Shown here: positions 30,601 through 41,172 of the stretch, piece by piece
Layout: every line of letters begins with the position of its first letter
Numbering within the stretch: position 1 is the first letter of the stretch
Origin: Armatimonadota bacterium
Lineage (GTDB): Bacteria > Armatimonadota > SYMT01
Assembly: GCA_041690135.1 (NCBI GenBank)
Contig: JAWLHY010000004.1
Location: 1 to 64,000 of the forward strand
DNA: 64,000 nt
Direction of reading: 5' to 3'
Notes under the pieces: model-generated
Seen by the model: only the letters and a program-made list of their open reading frames with translations
What the model was told of the DNA's origin: nothing
Database searches by the model: none
Made by a program: the position numbers and the translations under genes

Positions 30601-31437
30601 ATGATGTCGGACCAGGTTGAGGCGCAAAAGTTTGAGGTTGCCCAGATTATGGGCGGGCTTTACGGAGACGGCATCATCGGCCTCAAGGGCGCGTTCGACC
30701 GGGGCTGGGTTGAACAACTCCGGGAAGACATCGAGATCCTGTTCCGGGAAGCCCTGGAACGCCCCGGGGGTGCGGTGGGCCGCGGACCTTACCGGTACTA
30801 CGTGGAAATCCACCCGGAACGGATTCGCGGCTTCGTCGATCTCGCGACCCATCCCTGGGTGGTCGCGGTGAGCGAGGCGGTGTTGGGGCCGGATTATAAG
30901 ATCGTGGAGATCGGCTTCGACGTGCCCGGCCCCGGTGCCATGTATCAGCCGTGGCACCGCGACTTTCCGGCGCCCGAGGACACGCTGGTGGGCCGCCGGT
31001 TAAACTCGCTGGCGTTCAATATCACGGCGGTCGATGTGGTGGAGGAGATGGGACCCTTCGAGATTGCCCCGGGGACTCAGTGGGACCATCCGGAGGGCTT
31101 CGAGCACGGGATGTTCCCTCCGCCAGCGCTCTACCCCCGCTACGAACAGCGAGTCCAGCAAAAATTGCCGCAGATGGGGGATATTTCAGCCCGTTCCGCG
31201 CTGACGATTCATCGTGGCACCCCCAACCGCTCCAACCAGTCTCGGCCCGTGCTGGTGTTGGGAGTCGATGCGCCGGGCGCCATCAATGCGGAGCGTCACG
31301 ACCTGCAATTCACGCAGGGATACTACGAAAGGTTGCCCGAGCAGGTGCGACGCCATGTCACCTGCCGGGTAGTCGACGCCCTGGAGCCGATCTATCAGGC
31401 TCACACCATCGAAGGGCTTGTCATGGGAGCGGCCTGA
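30601..31437 (+). CDS. Phytanoyl-CoA dioxygenase family (2OG-Fe(II)) protein
   Basis: QPWHRDF (HxD), GPFEIAPGTQ, IHRGTPNRS; GGAGGAG RBS. Confidence 0.85.
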   Translation: MMSDQVEAQKFEVAQIMGGLYGDGIIGLKGAFDRGWVEQLREDIEILFREALERPGGAVGRGPYRYYVEIHPERIRGFVDLATHPWVVAVSEAVLGPDYKIVEIGFDVPGPGAMYQPWHRDFPAPEDTLVGRRLNSLAFNITAVDVVEEMGPFEIAPGTQWDHPEGFEHGMFPPPALYPRYEQRVQQKLPQMGDISARSALTIHRGTPNRSNQSRPVLVLGVDAPGAINAERHDLQFTQGYYERLPEQVRRHVTCRVVDALEPIYQAHTIEGLVMGAA

Positions 31438-31686
31438 TGCCGCTCCCTTCTTCCTTCCCTCCCCGCCTCCCTTCCCCGCCTCCCTCGTCGCCTCGTCCCC
31501 TCTTTTCCCCGCCTTCCCCTTGTGTGTGGCTCGACCCGAGCTTCCGCGGAAGTGCCGCTGTTCCATCGGCCGAAGCGTCAGGGCACTCCCCTCCGGGCGA
31601 AACCCACGGATTCGTCTTGACGCTTGGTCCGTTACCGGTTACACTTGCCGTACAACTTTGCGCTACAAAGTGCCCCGAGGGCAAGC

Positions 31687-32280
31687 ATGTCGGGTAAAGA
31701 GGCTGAGCAAACACTCTCGGTGATCCGGACCTTGATGGAACGGAGCACCTGCTATACGAACCTCTCCGGTCACGCCGGGATTGCAGCCGGGCTGCTCACG
31801 CTCGTGGGCTGTGGCTTGCGTATCTGGCTCCGCACTCCCTTTCTCACCACCTGGATGGGGGTGCTGATCACCACGGTCGGAGCCGTTATCTTCTTCACGG
31901 CCCGGCTCGCCCAGGCAAACGGAGAACCCCTCTGGACACGGCAGGCGCGGACAGTGGTGATGGCGCTGCTGCCGGCATTCGGAGCCGCGCTGCTCCTCAC
32001 CCTCGTGCTCTTCCGCGTGGGGCAGCAGGCGCTGCTGCCCGGCCTCTGGATGTTGCTATGGGGCGTGGGCGCTTTGGCGATGAGCTTCTTCACCCCCCGG
32101 GTGATCTCCATGCTGGGCGCCACGTTCCTGGCCGCCGGCACGCTCGTACTGCTGGCGCCCCCGGTTCACGACGCGCTGTCGATGGGTCTCACTTTCGGCG
32201 CTATTCACCTGGCCTACGGAATCGTGCTGACCTGCGCCCGCCAGGCGACTTGTGCCGCTCACCCTGCCCTACCACTCTGA
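31687..32280 (+). CDS. Conserved membrane protein
   Basis: IRTLMERS N-terminus, 6 TMs, FGAIHLAYG; coupled to the downstream HTH gene. Confidence 0.75.
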   Translation: MSGKEAEQTLSVIRTLMERSTCYTNLSGHAGIAAGLLTLVGCGLRIWLRTPFLTTWMGVLITTVGAVIFFTARLAQANGEPLWTRQARTVVMALLPAFGAALLLTLVLFRVGQQALLPGLWMLLWGVGALAMSFFTPRVISMLGATFLAAGTLVLLAPPVHDALSMGLTFGAIHLAYGIVLTCARQATCAAHPALPL

Positions 32281-32660
32281 TGTTAGACGTAACGCCGTTC
32301 GAAAAGCTGGACAAGGTCATCCACGAGCGCGGTCGCCTCGCGATCATGTCGCTCCTGGCTGCGACCGACTCGCTGACCTTCAAGGAATTGAAGGAGCACC
32401 TCGGCATGACCGACGGGAATCTCAGTGTCCACATGCGGACCCTGGAAGAAGGGGGCTACGTGCTGGTGACGAAGAGTTTCGTCAACCGGAAGCCACGCAC
32501 CGAGTATTCCCTCACCCCCGACGGCCGACAGGCCTTTCAGGAGTACATCCAGACCCTGGAGGAGATCGTAAAACAGTCGCAACAGGCGGAAGCGCATTTC
32601 CGGCCGGCGGGCCGAGAACGGGCCACCCTCCTGCCCCCCAGCCTGGTCCCGGCCAAGTAG
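32280..32660 (+). CDS. Winged-helix transcriptional regulator (ArsR/MarR-like)
   Basis: LDKVIHERGRLAIMSLL, TDGNLSVHMRTLEEGGY, KPRTEYSLT. Confidence 0.88.
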   Translation: MLDVTPFEKLDKVIHERGRLAIMSLLAATDSLTFKELKEHLGMTDGNLSVHMRTLEEGGYVLVTKSFVNRKPRTEYSLTPDGRQAFQEYIQTLEEIVKQSQQAEAHFRPAGRERATLLPPSLVPAK

Positions 32661-32774
32661 TGAAATAAATCTCGGAGGCGCGGCCGAACGCCGCGCTTCT
32701 TTCGGGCCATCTATCTTTATGAAACAAAGTTCTTTGACCGAGGCGAGCGCCCGGTTGGTATAGGAGATCTATCG

Positions 32775-33647
32775 ATGCGGGTCGTTCTGGCGGAAAGTTA
32801 TGGAATGTGCTTCGGGGTGCGGGATGCGATCGCGCTGGCGCTCAATTCGCCCCAGCGGGAACAGCTCACCGTCCTGGGAGAACTGGTCCACAATCAAGAA
32901 GTCCTGCATACCCTGCGGAACGCCGGAGTGCGCAGTCTCCCTTCCATCGAGGCCGCACTCGCAGGAGAAGTGGAAACCTCCCGCGTCCTGATCACCGCCC
33001 ATGGCGCCTCGGGACGCGCCGTAGCGGCCCTCCGGGAGCGCGGACTGGAGGTGCTCGAAGCCACCTGTCCCCTCGTGCGGCACGCGCACCGCTCACTCCA
33101 GAAGCTAGTCCGGCAGGGCTACTTCCCCGTGGTCATCGGCAAGCCGGACCATGTGGAAGTACGCGGGCTCGTGGGCGACCTCGACGCTTATCGAGTGATC
33201 CAGTCCGTGGAGGAGATCCCGCTCCTGGCGGGCCACACCCGGCTGGGCGTAGCGAGCCAGACCACGCAGCCGCTCGACTTCGTGCTGAAGATGGTCGATG
33301 CGATCCGCGCGGCCTTTCCGGAAACGGAAGTGCGGTTCCTGGATACCGTATGCCAACCGACCAAGGAACGACAGGCTGCGGTCCGCCGGTTGGCCAGCGG
33401 GTGCGAAGTAGTGATCGTAGTCGGTGGGCGCACCAGCAACAACACCCGGCAACTGGTAGAGACCTGCGAGCGGGAGGGCGCGCGTGCCTATCAGGTGGAG
33501 TCCGCCGCAGACCTTTGCCCAGAGTGGCTGGCCGGAGCGGATACCGTGGGTCTCACCGCCGGCACTTCCACCCCCGATCGCGTCATCCGTGAAGTCCACA
33601 ATGCCCTGCTGGCCATGGCAGAGCCCCACCTGCGAGAAGCCGCATGA
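32775..33647 (+). CDS. ispH: 4-hydroxy-3-methylbut-2-enyl diphosphate reductase
   Basis: GMCFGV, ITAHG, ATCPLV, DTVC, SNNT, TAGTSTP. Confidence 0.92.
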   Translation: MRVVLAESYGMCFGVRDAIALALNSPQREQLTVLGELVHNQEVLHTLRNAGVRSLPSIEAALAGEVETSRVLITAHGASGRAVAALRERGLEVLEATCPLVRHAHRSLQKLVRQGYFPVVIGKPDHVEVRGLVGDLDAYRVIQSVEEIPLLAGHTRLGVASQTTQPLDFVLKMVDAIRAAFPETEVRFLDTVCQPTKERQAAVRRLASGCEVVIVVGGRTSNNTRQLVETCEREGARAYQVESAADLCPEWLAGADTVGLTAGTSTPDRVIREVHNALLAMAEPHLREAA

Positions 33648-34342
33648 AACACTGGGCCCGCTGGACCGCGGTCGTACTCTTCGCCACGGCGATGGCCTGG
33701 ATGGAAGCGGCGACCGTGGTTTACCTGCGGACGTTGGTCGGCCGCCTCGAACCGTACCAGGCGAATCCGCTGCCGATCGACCCCCACCTGTCGTGGGTGG
33801 AGGTGGTCCGCGAGGCGGCGACGCTGCTGATGCTCGGGACGGCAGGCTGGCTCGCCGGGCGGAACGGCCGGAGCCGCTTCGCCTACTTCCTGCTCGCCTT
33901 CGGGGTGTGGGACATCCTGTACTACGTGTTCCTGGCGGTGATCGGGCCGTGGCCCCGCACCGTCGTGGACTGGGACATCCTGTTCCTGATTCCGCTCCCG
34001 TGGTGGGGACCGCTGATCGCGCCGGCCAGCATCGCCGCCCTGATGGTACTCGGCGCCACGTGCGTCGTCCTGGGCGAGGAACAGGGGCGGAAGACCTGGC
34101 CTAGCCGGCGCGCCTGGACCCTCAATCTCACCGGCGCCGCACTGGCACTGGGGGTGTTCATGCAGGACGCGGTCCTGGCCCTCGCCACCGGTTCCTCGCG
34201 CCTGGAAGCCGTCCTCCCCACAACCTTCAACTGGCCGGTGTTCCTTCCCGCCCTGGCGATGATGGCCGTGCCGGTGGTGGAGCTGGCACGGCAATTGCTC
34301 CTGGGGCCAACACAAACGGGGGAAACAGGCATCGCCGCTTGA
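33644..34342 (+). CDS. Conserved membrane protein
   Basis: EAATVVYLR, REAATLLML, WDILYY, WDILFLIPLPWWGP. Confidence 0.75.
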   Translation: MKHWARWTAVVLFATAMAWMEAATVVYLRTLVGRLEPYQANPLPIDPHLSWVEVVREAATLLMLGTAGWLAGRNGRSRFAYFLLAFGVWDILYYVFLAVIGPWPRTVVDWDILFLIPLPWWGPLIAPASIAALMVLGATCVVLGEEQGRKTWPSRRAWTLNLTGAALALGVFMQDAVLALATGSSRLEAVLPTTFNWPVFLPALAMMAVPVVELARQLLLGPTQTGETGIAA

Positions 34343-34412
34343 TGCGACACCCATTCCCCCCTGCATCACGAACTCGCAGTCGCCCCACTAGATCGGGGCG
34401 GAACCGCAAGAA

Positions 34413-35204
34413 TTACGGGCCGTTGTCGTAGAGGCAGTCCACCGAGCCGCGGGCCGGGTTGACGAGGGCCTGCGTCTTATACCACTTGACGTGGCCGTCG
34501 GCGAAGGTCACGTTGGTGCCGCCCGCGTGGACCGGCGCCGGCCGCCAGGGGCTGCTGTTGTAGATGTCGACGTAGTTTCCGCCGCCATTCATCTGGCCGT
34601 TGGGGTCCTGCGGGAAGCGCACGTAACCCGAGTAGTTCCAGCTTCCCAGTTGCAGTTGCCACAGCGTGGGATCTTCGTTGTGGACCGGGCGCACCGTGGG
34701 GTTGTTCACCCAGGCAGTGTCGCAGAACCAGATGGTCTCCGCGGGCCGCTTCAACTGGGACGTGCTGATCGTCCCAAACCAGAGGGTCGGCGCGTCATCG
34801 ATGTTGGGCGTCGTCCGGAACTGGGTCATGCGGTAATTCAAACCGTAGGTCGCCGCGAAATCGGGGTAGGGCGCTTCCGTCACGGTCATGCTGGGGCAGG
34901 CTAGGATCTTCTCATTCTTCACATACGGCTGAATGAGGTGATGCCAGACCCCCGAACGCATCGCAGGGTAGGTGTCGTTGCCGACCCCGCCCGTTCCCCA
35001 AACGCGCACCGGACAGAGGTGCTCGTCGTAATCCGACTGGTACATCTGCAGGCCCTTGGCGACCTGAGCCATGTTGCTGGAGCAACTTGCGGTCTTTGCC
35101 TTCTCGCGGGCCTGCGCGAAGACGGGGAACAGGATCGCTGCGAGGATGGCAATGATCGCCACCACCACCAACAGCTCAATGAGAGTAAAGCCACGTCTCT
35201 TCAT
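34413..35204 (-). CDS. Prepilin-type N-terminal cleavage/methylation protein, DUF1559 with H-X9-DG motif
   Basis: GFTLIELLVVVAIIAILAAILFPVFAQAREKA; HAGGTNVTFADGHVK. Confidence 0.92.
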   Translation of the reverse strand: MKRRGFTLIELLVVVAIIAILAAILFPVFAQAREKAKTASCSSNMAQVAKGLQMYQSDYDEHLCPVRVWGTGGVGNDTYPAMRSGVWHHLIQPYVKNEKILACPSMTVTEAPYPDFAATYGLNYRMTQFRTTPNIDDAPTLWFGTISTSQLKRPAETIWFCDTAWVNNPTVRPVHNEDPTLWQLQLGSWNYSGYVRFPQDPNGQMNGGGNYVDIYNSSPWRPAPVHAGGTNVTFADGHVKWYKTQALVNPARGSVDCLYDNGP

Positions 35205-35421
35205 GGAAGAATCCGCTCCGGGCCGATCCGTGGATCGACCAGTGGTGAGAATAAAAGTAGCGGCAGTAGCCGCGCAAGCAGCTCGCAAAGGAGCTCGGTA
35301 GGATAGTTCACTTGCCAGTTCGCCTCCAGGGCGAGAGTTTCCCTGCCCGTCGGGCATAAAGTTTTCTGTTACGGGCGCCAGCACCCAGGAATGTCCGCGC
35401 GGGTGTCTAACTAGTAGAGCG

Positions 35422-36924
35422 ATGACCGACCCGCTCACCGTTTACGCCGGCCTGGAGCCGCGCGAGTTGTGGCGCCACTTCGCGGCGCTGAATGCCATAC
35501 CCCGGCCTTCCGGGGAGGAAGCGGCCGCACGAGACTATGTGCGACGCACCGCCACCGCCGCCGGCGCCCGCTGGGAGGGAGACGCAGCCGGCAACACCGT
35601 GATCTACGTACCGGCCACACCGGGTCGGGAACAGGCGCCCGCCACGCTTATCCAGGCGCACCTCGACATGGTGAGCGAGAAGCGACCGGAGGTGACACAC
35701 GACTTCAGCCGCGATCCGATCCGCCCGCGCGTCGTCGAGGGATGGGTCTACGCCAGCGGCACCACCCTGGGAGCGGACAACGGAATCGGCGCCGCCTGCA
35801 CGCTGGCCCTGCTCACGCAGCCCGGTCTCGCACACGGCCCGCTGGAACTCCTGTTCACGGTGGAAGAGGAGACCGGTCTCGGCGGCGCGACCGACCTGGA
35901 CCCGTCGTTGATCTCCGCGCGTTCCATGATCAACCTGGATAGCGAGGACCCGCGAGAGCTCACCATCGGCTGTGCCGGCGGGGCTGGGGCGGCCCTTGAG
36001 GTGGACCTGGAGACCGAGGCCCCGCCCGCCGGTTGGATCGGACAGGAGATCCGCATCTCCGGTCTCAAGGGCGGGCACAGTGGTGTCCAGATCCACGAGC
36101 CGCTGGCAAACGCGATCAAGCTCCTCACCGGCGCGCTGTTGGCACTGCGAACGGCGGGAATCCCCTATCGCCTCTGCCGGCTCGACGGAGGAAATGCCCG
36201 GAACGCCATTCCTCGGGATGCGGCGGCCATCGCGGTCCTACCGGCCGCCTCCATCGACGCCCTACAGCAAGTACTCGCCCGCTACCGACAGGAACTGTGG
36301 GAGACCTGGTCGGCGGACGAACCCAACCTCGCCCTGCAGGTCACCGGCGCTCCCGTCGCCCCGGCGGTAAGTCTCAGTACGACCGAGCAAATCACGGGTA
36401 TCCTGGAGAAACTACCGCACGGCGTCCTGGCGATGAGCGACCAATTTCCGGGGAAAGTGGAGACCTCCGCCAACCTGGCCACGGTCCGAACCGAGCCAGG
36501 ATCCGCGGGCAAGGGCAAATGGGTCATCGTCTCCAGCGTTCGAGGTTTCGTACAGGCGGAATTGGGGAAATTGTTGGCGCAGATCACCTCCCTCGCCCAC
36601 GAGGCAGGTGCGCGAGCTATCCTGCACGAAGGTTATCCGGGCTGGGAACCCGATCCGCACTCCCGGCTGCTTCTGACCGCGGAGACTGTCTATAATGAGC
36701 TGTTTGGCCGGGCTCCCGAGGTCCAGGTAATCCACGCCGGCCTCGAGTGTGGGATCATCGCCGCCAAGGCGCCAGGAATGGAGGCCGTCTCCTTTGGCCC
36801 CCGCATCGAAGGCGCACACACCCCCGAAGAGAGAGTGCTCATTTCTAGCGTGGACGGCACATGGCAATTGCTCCTGCGGTTACTGGACGCTCTCTCGCGG
36901 TCCCCGGCAGAGGCGCAATCATAA
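35422..36924 (+). CDS. pepD: Aminoacyl-histidine (beta-Ala-His) dipeptidase, M20 family
   Basis: QAHLDMV, TTLGADNGIG, EEETGL, NLDSED, GGHSG, HAGLECG, HTPEE. Confidence 0.9.
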   Translation: MTDPLTVYAGLEPRELWRHFAALNAIPRPSGEEAAARDYVRRTATAAGARWEGDAAGNTVIYVPATPGREQAPATLIQAHLDMVSEKRPEVTHDFSRDPIRPRVVEGWVYASGTTLGADNGIGAACTLALLTQPGLAHGPLELLFTVEEETGLGGATDLDPSLISARSMINLDSEDPRELTIGCAGGAGAALEVDLETEAPPAGWIGQEIRISGLKGGHSGVQIHEPLANAIKLLTGALLALRTAGIPYRLCRLDGGNARNAIPRDAAAIAVLPAASIDALQQVLARYRQELWETWSADEPNLALQVTGAPVAPAVSLSTTEQITGILEKLPHGVLAMSDQFPGKVETSANLATVRTEPGSAGKGKWVIVSSVRGFVQAELGKLLAQITSLAHEAGARAILHEGYPGWEPDPHSRLLLTAETVYNELFGRAPEVQVIHAGLECGIIAAKAPGMEAVSFGPRIEGAHTPEERVLISSVDGTWQLLLRLLDALSRSPAEAQS

Positions 36925-37041
36925 ACGGAATTCGAGAACTCACCTTCCGTTCATAAGCGACGTTTAATAAACGAATTACTACAAGCAATTGGGAACGATC
37001 CAGACCCTATGGTAATATGCGCGCGGAAAGGATGACGCAGC

Positions 37042-37908
37042 ATGCGAAGCCGGTACTCTTCGGACGAGACCCCCTCGACTCCCGCCCCGCCGGAGCCTGA
37101 CCACCACTCCCAAAACGGGATCCCCCCCTGGCAGTATAAGGCTGACGGCCCCCTCCTCACCGTTACCGAAGAGATCGAGCTCACGGAACGGATCCGCAGA
37201 GGCGATGAGCGCGCCCGCGAGCGAATGATCGAGGCCAATCTCCGCCTCGTGGTCAGCATCGCGCGCCACTATAATTGCCGCGGGATGACCTTCGAAGACG
37301 TGGTGCAGGAAGGTATCCTCGGGTTGATGTCCGCCATCAACAAGTTTGACCCCACCAAAGGGTTCCGCTTCTCCACTTACGCCACTTACTGGATCCGCCA
37401 GGCTATCGTGCGCGCCATTGAGAAGCAAAGCCGGATGATCCGCCTCCCCACGTATGCCTACCACGCCGTAGGCAAGCTGGAGCGGAGCAGCATGCAGCTC
37501 TCCGACAAGCTCGGCCGCCAGCCGACTTCCGAAGAACTGGCGGTGGAGACCACCCTTTCCGTCAGCACGGTGAACGCCCTCCTCCAGAGCATCCAAGAGC
37601 CGGTGTCGCTCGACGTGTTGCTCGGTGAGGCGGAAGATTACACCCTGGGCGACCTCCAACTCGATGCCGAGGCGCAGGACCCCGAGGACTACGCGCTGCA
37701 AACCGCCGACCGGGAGAACCTGACCCGCATTCTGGGAGTGCTGAAGCCGAAGGAGCGCACGGTCATCGAGAATCGCTACGGCCTGCGCGACGGCCGGGTA
37801 CGCAGCCTGAAGGAACTGGCCCAGGAACTGAACATGTCCCGGGAAGGCATCCGGCACATCGAAACGCGGGCGCTGCGCAAGCTGCGCCACGCGGTGGGTG
37901 TGAACTAG
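37042..37908 (+). CDS. RNA polymerase sigma factor, RpoD/RpoS-like
   Basis: ANLRLVVSIA, KGFRFSTYATYWIRQAI, region 4 SREGIRHIETRALRKL. Confidence 0.9.
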   Translation: MRSRYSSDETPSTPAPPEPDHHSQNGIPPWQYKADGPLLTVTEEIELTERIRRGDERARERMIEANLRLVVSIARHYNCRGMTFEDVVQEGILGLMSAINKFDPTKGFRFSTYATYWIRQAIVRAIEKQSRMIRLPTYAYHAVGKLERSSMQLSDKLGRQPTSEELAVETTLSVSTVNALLQSIQEPVSLDVLLGEAEDYTLGDLQLDAEAQDPEDYALQTADRENLTRILGVLKPKERTVIENRYGLRDGRVRSLKELAQELNMSREGIRHIETRALRKLRHAVGVN

Positions 37909-37940
37909 ATCCGACGCGCCGACCGCAGCGAACGGATTTT

Positions 37941-37985
37941 AAACCACCAGGGGCCCGTCCGAAGGACGGGCCCCTGGTGGTTTTT
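37941..37985. terminator. Bidirectional intrinsic terminator between convergent sigma genes
   Basis: Perfect stem AAACCACCAGGGGCCCGTCC-GAA-GGACGGGCCCCTGGTGGTTT. Confidence 0.85.
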
Positions 37986-38854
37986 CAACCGACCATCACC
38001 TTCTTGAGCTCGCGGAGCGCTTCTCGTTCGAGCCGGCTCACGTGCATCTGCGAGATACCCATGGCCCGGCCCACCTCGCTCTGGCTCCACTCGTCGAAGT
38101 AGCGGCGACGCAGGATCCACTGCTTGCGTGGCTCGAGATTGTCCATCGCGACCCGGAGCGGTTCATTGGTGACCACGCTGTCTAACCGCTGATCGCGACG
38201 CCCCAGCACCTCGTTCAGCCGCTCGTGACTATCGGCATCGTCCGCGCCAAGGTGGGCATCGAGCGAGTAGGGACTGTAAACTACGTCCAGTTCCATCGCT
38301 TCCACGATGGTCTCTTCGGGCAGGTCGAGGTGCTTGGCCAACTCCGGAATTGTCGGCGCTCGACCGCGCGTCCGCGACAACTCCTCGTTGGTGCGGTGGA
38401 CCGTACAGGCTACCTCCTGGAGCTGGCGGGGCACCTTCACCACCCAGGTGTAATCTCGGAAGTAGTGCTTGATCTCCCCGACGATGGTGTTCACGGCATA
38501 GGTCGTGAACTTCACCCCTCGCTCCGGATCGAAACGGTCGAGGGCCATGATGAGGCCGATGGTGCCGACCTGCACGAGATCCTCGATCGGGGCGCCGCGG
38601 CGGGCCATCTTGGCGGAGAGAATCTCCACCAGGTTGCGAAACTCCAGGATCGTCAACTCTCGAAGACGGGGGTTTCGTGTGCGGGCGTAACGGGCCGCCA
38701 GCTCCTCTCCGCCTGCGCGGCCCGCCGCCCGGGTCGTGGGCGGCGGAGCACCGCCGGGCGGACCCGATGACGCGGGTGGGGTGGCCGGTAGAGGTCCGGG
38801 AGGTGAGTTACGCTGCGGGACTGCTGGTTCCGGGGCAATTGAGATCATCGTCAT
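37985..38854 (-). CDS. SigB/SigF/SigG-family sigma factor
   Basis: EDLVQVGTIGL, FDPERGVKFTTYA, GEIKHYFRD, ISQMHVSRL. Confidence 0.9.
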   Translation of the reverse strand: MTMISIAPEPAVPQRNSPPGPLPATPPASSGPPGGAPPPTTRAAGRAGGEELAARYARTRNPRLRELTILEFRNLVEILSAKMARRGAPIEDLVQVGTIGLIMALDRFDPERGVKFTTYAVNTIVGEIKHYFRDYTWVVKVPRQLQEVACTVHRTNEELSRTRGRAPTIPELAKHLDLPEETIVEAMELDVVYSPYSLDAHLGADDADSHERLNEVLGRRDQRLDSVVTNEPLRVAMDNLEPRKQWILRRRYFDEWSQSEVGRAMGISQMHVSRLEREALRELKKVMVG

Positions 38855-39024
38855 TGAGACTGCCAGACGAAACTTCTGCTTGGCCTGCTACTGCCAGGAC
38901 CGTGCGCTATCGTGCAAGAGAATGCCTCAATGAGCAGGCCTTGTGTCGAGATCAGGTGACAGAATGATTACGGCCACCCAGTCCCACCCCGAGATTGGCC
39001 CTCGAAGTTGGGTATAGGAATACC

Positions 39025-39999
39025 GTGAAACTGCTCAACTGTCGCCGCCATCCGGAAAGCGCGGAGAGCACCCTGTGCGTTCTCGTCCGCGACCATGTCG
39101 TCCCCCTATCGCTGGGCGCGTCGCTCTGGCGCGACTGTCCCGGAAACCTCGCCAGCGTCGATGAGTTACTTCCCCACCTGGTGGATGGGAACTGGCCGGA
39201 AGGGGAGCGCTGCTATCGCCGTATGCAGGAGCTAACGGACGCGCAACTTCGATCCGCGGCCCGGTCCCTCGACAGCCAGGACCTGTTGCCGCCGCTGCTC
39301 CATCCGCCCAGTTTCCGCGACTTTTACGCCTTCGAAGCGCATGTGGCGAATGCGAGGCGGGCACGAGGCCTGGAGATGCTCCCGGAGTGGTACGAGGCGC
39401 CGGTCTTCTACTTCTCGAACACCGCGGCCCTTCTGGGGCCGAACGCCCCGGTGCGAAAACCGCGGAACACCGCGAAGCTGGACTTCGAGCTGGAGTTGGC
39501 GGCGGTGATCGGCAAGGAAGGGCGCGACATCCGCGTGGAGGAGGCGGATGGGTACATAGCCGGCTTCACCATCCTCAACGACTGGAGCGCGCGGGATATC
39601 CAGCGCCGGGAGATGAAGGTGGGCCTGGGTCCGGCCAAGGGGAAGGATTTTGCCTCCAGCCTGGGACCCTACCTGCTGACTCCCGACGAACTGGAGGATC
39701 GCGTGCTTCCCGACCGCAGCCGCGGCAAGCGGTACGACCTTCCGATGATCGCGCGCGTCAACGGCCGGGAGTATTCCCGCGGCAACGCGCAGGAGATGCA
39801 CTGGACCTTCGCGGAGTTGATCGCGAAAGCGTCCGAGAACACGGTAGTGCTGCCCGGAGACCTCATCGGCTCCGGTACGGTGGGAACGGGCTGCATCGTG
39901 GAATTCCCGGAAGGGACCTACCCGTGGCTGCAGGCGGGCGACGTAGTGGAATTGGAGATCGAGCGCCTGGGCGTCCTACGGAACCGGATTGTGGAGTGA
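39025..39999 (+). CDS. Fumarylacetoacetate hydrolase family protein
   Basis: RDFYAFEAH, LDFELE, NDWSARD, KGKDF, GSGTVG. Confidence 0.9.
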   Translation: MKLLNCRRHPESAESTLCVLVRDHVVPLSLGASLWRDCPGNLASVDELLPHLVDGNWPEGERCYRRMQELTDAQLRSAARSLDSQDLLPPLLHPPSFRDFYAFEAHVANARRARGLEMLPEWYEAPVFYFSNTAALLGPNAPVRKPRNTAKLDFELELAAVIGKEGRDIRVEEADGYIAGFTILNDWSARDIQRREMKVGLGPAKGKDFASSLGPYLLTPDELEDRVLPDRSRGKRYDLPMIARVNGREYSRGNAQEMHWTFAELIAKASENTVVLPGDLIGSGTVGTGCIVEFPEGTYPWLQAGDVVELEIERLGVLRNRIVE

Positions 40000-40002
40000 C
40001 AG

Positions 40003-41172
40003 ATGCCGAGATACGTCAAGCTAGGAGAGGTGCCGAAGAAACGGCACGTACAGTTCCGCAAGCCGGATGGATCGCTTTATTCCGAGCAGGTGTTCGGCAC
40101 CCGCGGCTTCTCCGGGATCGCCTCGATCCTCTACCACCTGCATCCGCCAACCCAGGTTGCCGACTTCGCGCCGGTGCTCCGGCAGGAGGAGCCGCAAACA
40201 GCACCTGAGATCGTGTCTGAAGAGACGTTACGGCACCGCCACCTGCGCACCCGCGAACTGGCCGCGGCAGGCGACCCGATCTCCGGACGCACTCCCCTGC
40301 TGTTGAATGAGGATGTGTGCCTGGGATATTGCCGGCCCGCCGAACCGATGGATTACTTCTACAAGAATGCCGACGGCGATGACCTGCTGTTCATCCATCG
40401 CGGCCAGGGACGGCTGGAGACGATGTTCGGCACCCTTCCCTACGGGCCCGGAGATTACCTGGTGATCCCTCGTGGAATCATCTACCGGGTCGTGGCGGAG
40501 TCGGCGGAGACAGCAATGCTCGTGATCGAGTCCGCCAGCGCCATCGAGGTGCCGCGCCGCTACCGGAACGAGTACGGCCAGATGCTGGAGCACGCTCCGT
40601 TCTGCGAGCGGGACCTCCGCGTCCCGGAGGTCCTGGAAACCCATGATGAAGAAGGGCAGTTCGAGGTCCGCATCAAGGCTCGCGGTCGCACCACCGCCTA
40701 TCATTACCCGTTCCACCCGCTGGACGTGGTGGGGTGGGACGGCTTTCTCTATCCCTGGGCGTTCAACATCTCCGACTTCGAACCGATCACCGGCAGTCTG
40801 CACCAGCCGCCGCCGGTCCACCAGACCTTCGAGGCGCGCAACTTCGTTGTCTGCTCCTTCGTCCCCCGGATGCTCGATTACCATCCGGGCGCCATCCCGG
40901 TCCCGTATAACCACAGCAACCTGGAGAGCGACGAGGTTCTCTACTACGTGAACGGAAACTTCGGCAGCCGGCGGGGCATCGAGGAAGGCTCGATTACCCT
41001 CCACCCATCAGGCCTCCCACACGGACCGCAGCCGGGGGTGGTCGAAGCAAGCCTCGGGCAGAAGCGAACGGAAGAGATGGCCGTGATGCTCGACACCTTC
41101 CGGCCCCTCCGCCGCACGCGGACCGCCGCAAATATCGAGGATGACCAGTATGCCTTTAGCTGGCGAGGGTAG
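40003..41172 (+). CDS. hmgA: Homogentisate 1,2-dioxygenase
   Basis: NADGDDL, HPLDVVGWDG, HQPPPVH, PYNHSN, HPSGLPHGP. Confidence 0.9.
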   Translation: MPRYVKLGEVPKKRHVQFRKPDGSLYSEQVFGTRGFSGIASILYHLHPPTQVADFAPVLRQEEPQTAPEIVSEETLRHRHLRTRELAAAGDPISGRTPLLLNEDVCLGYCRPAEPMDYFYKNADGDDLLFIHRGQGRLETMFGTLPYGPGDYLVIPRGIIYRVVAESAETAMLVIESASAIEVPRRYRNEYGQMLEHAPFCERDLRVPEVLETHDEEGQFEVRIKARGRTTAYHYPFHPLDVVGWDGFLYPWAFNISDFEPITGSLHQPPPVHQTFEARNFVVCSFVPRMLDYHPGAIPVPYNHSNLESDEVLYYVNGNFGSRRGIEEGSITLHPSGLPHGPQPGVVEASLGQKRTEEMAVMLDTFRPLRRTRTAANIEDDQYAFSWRG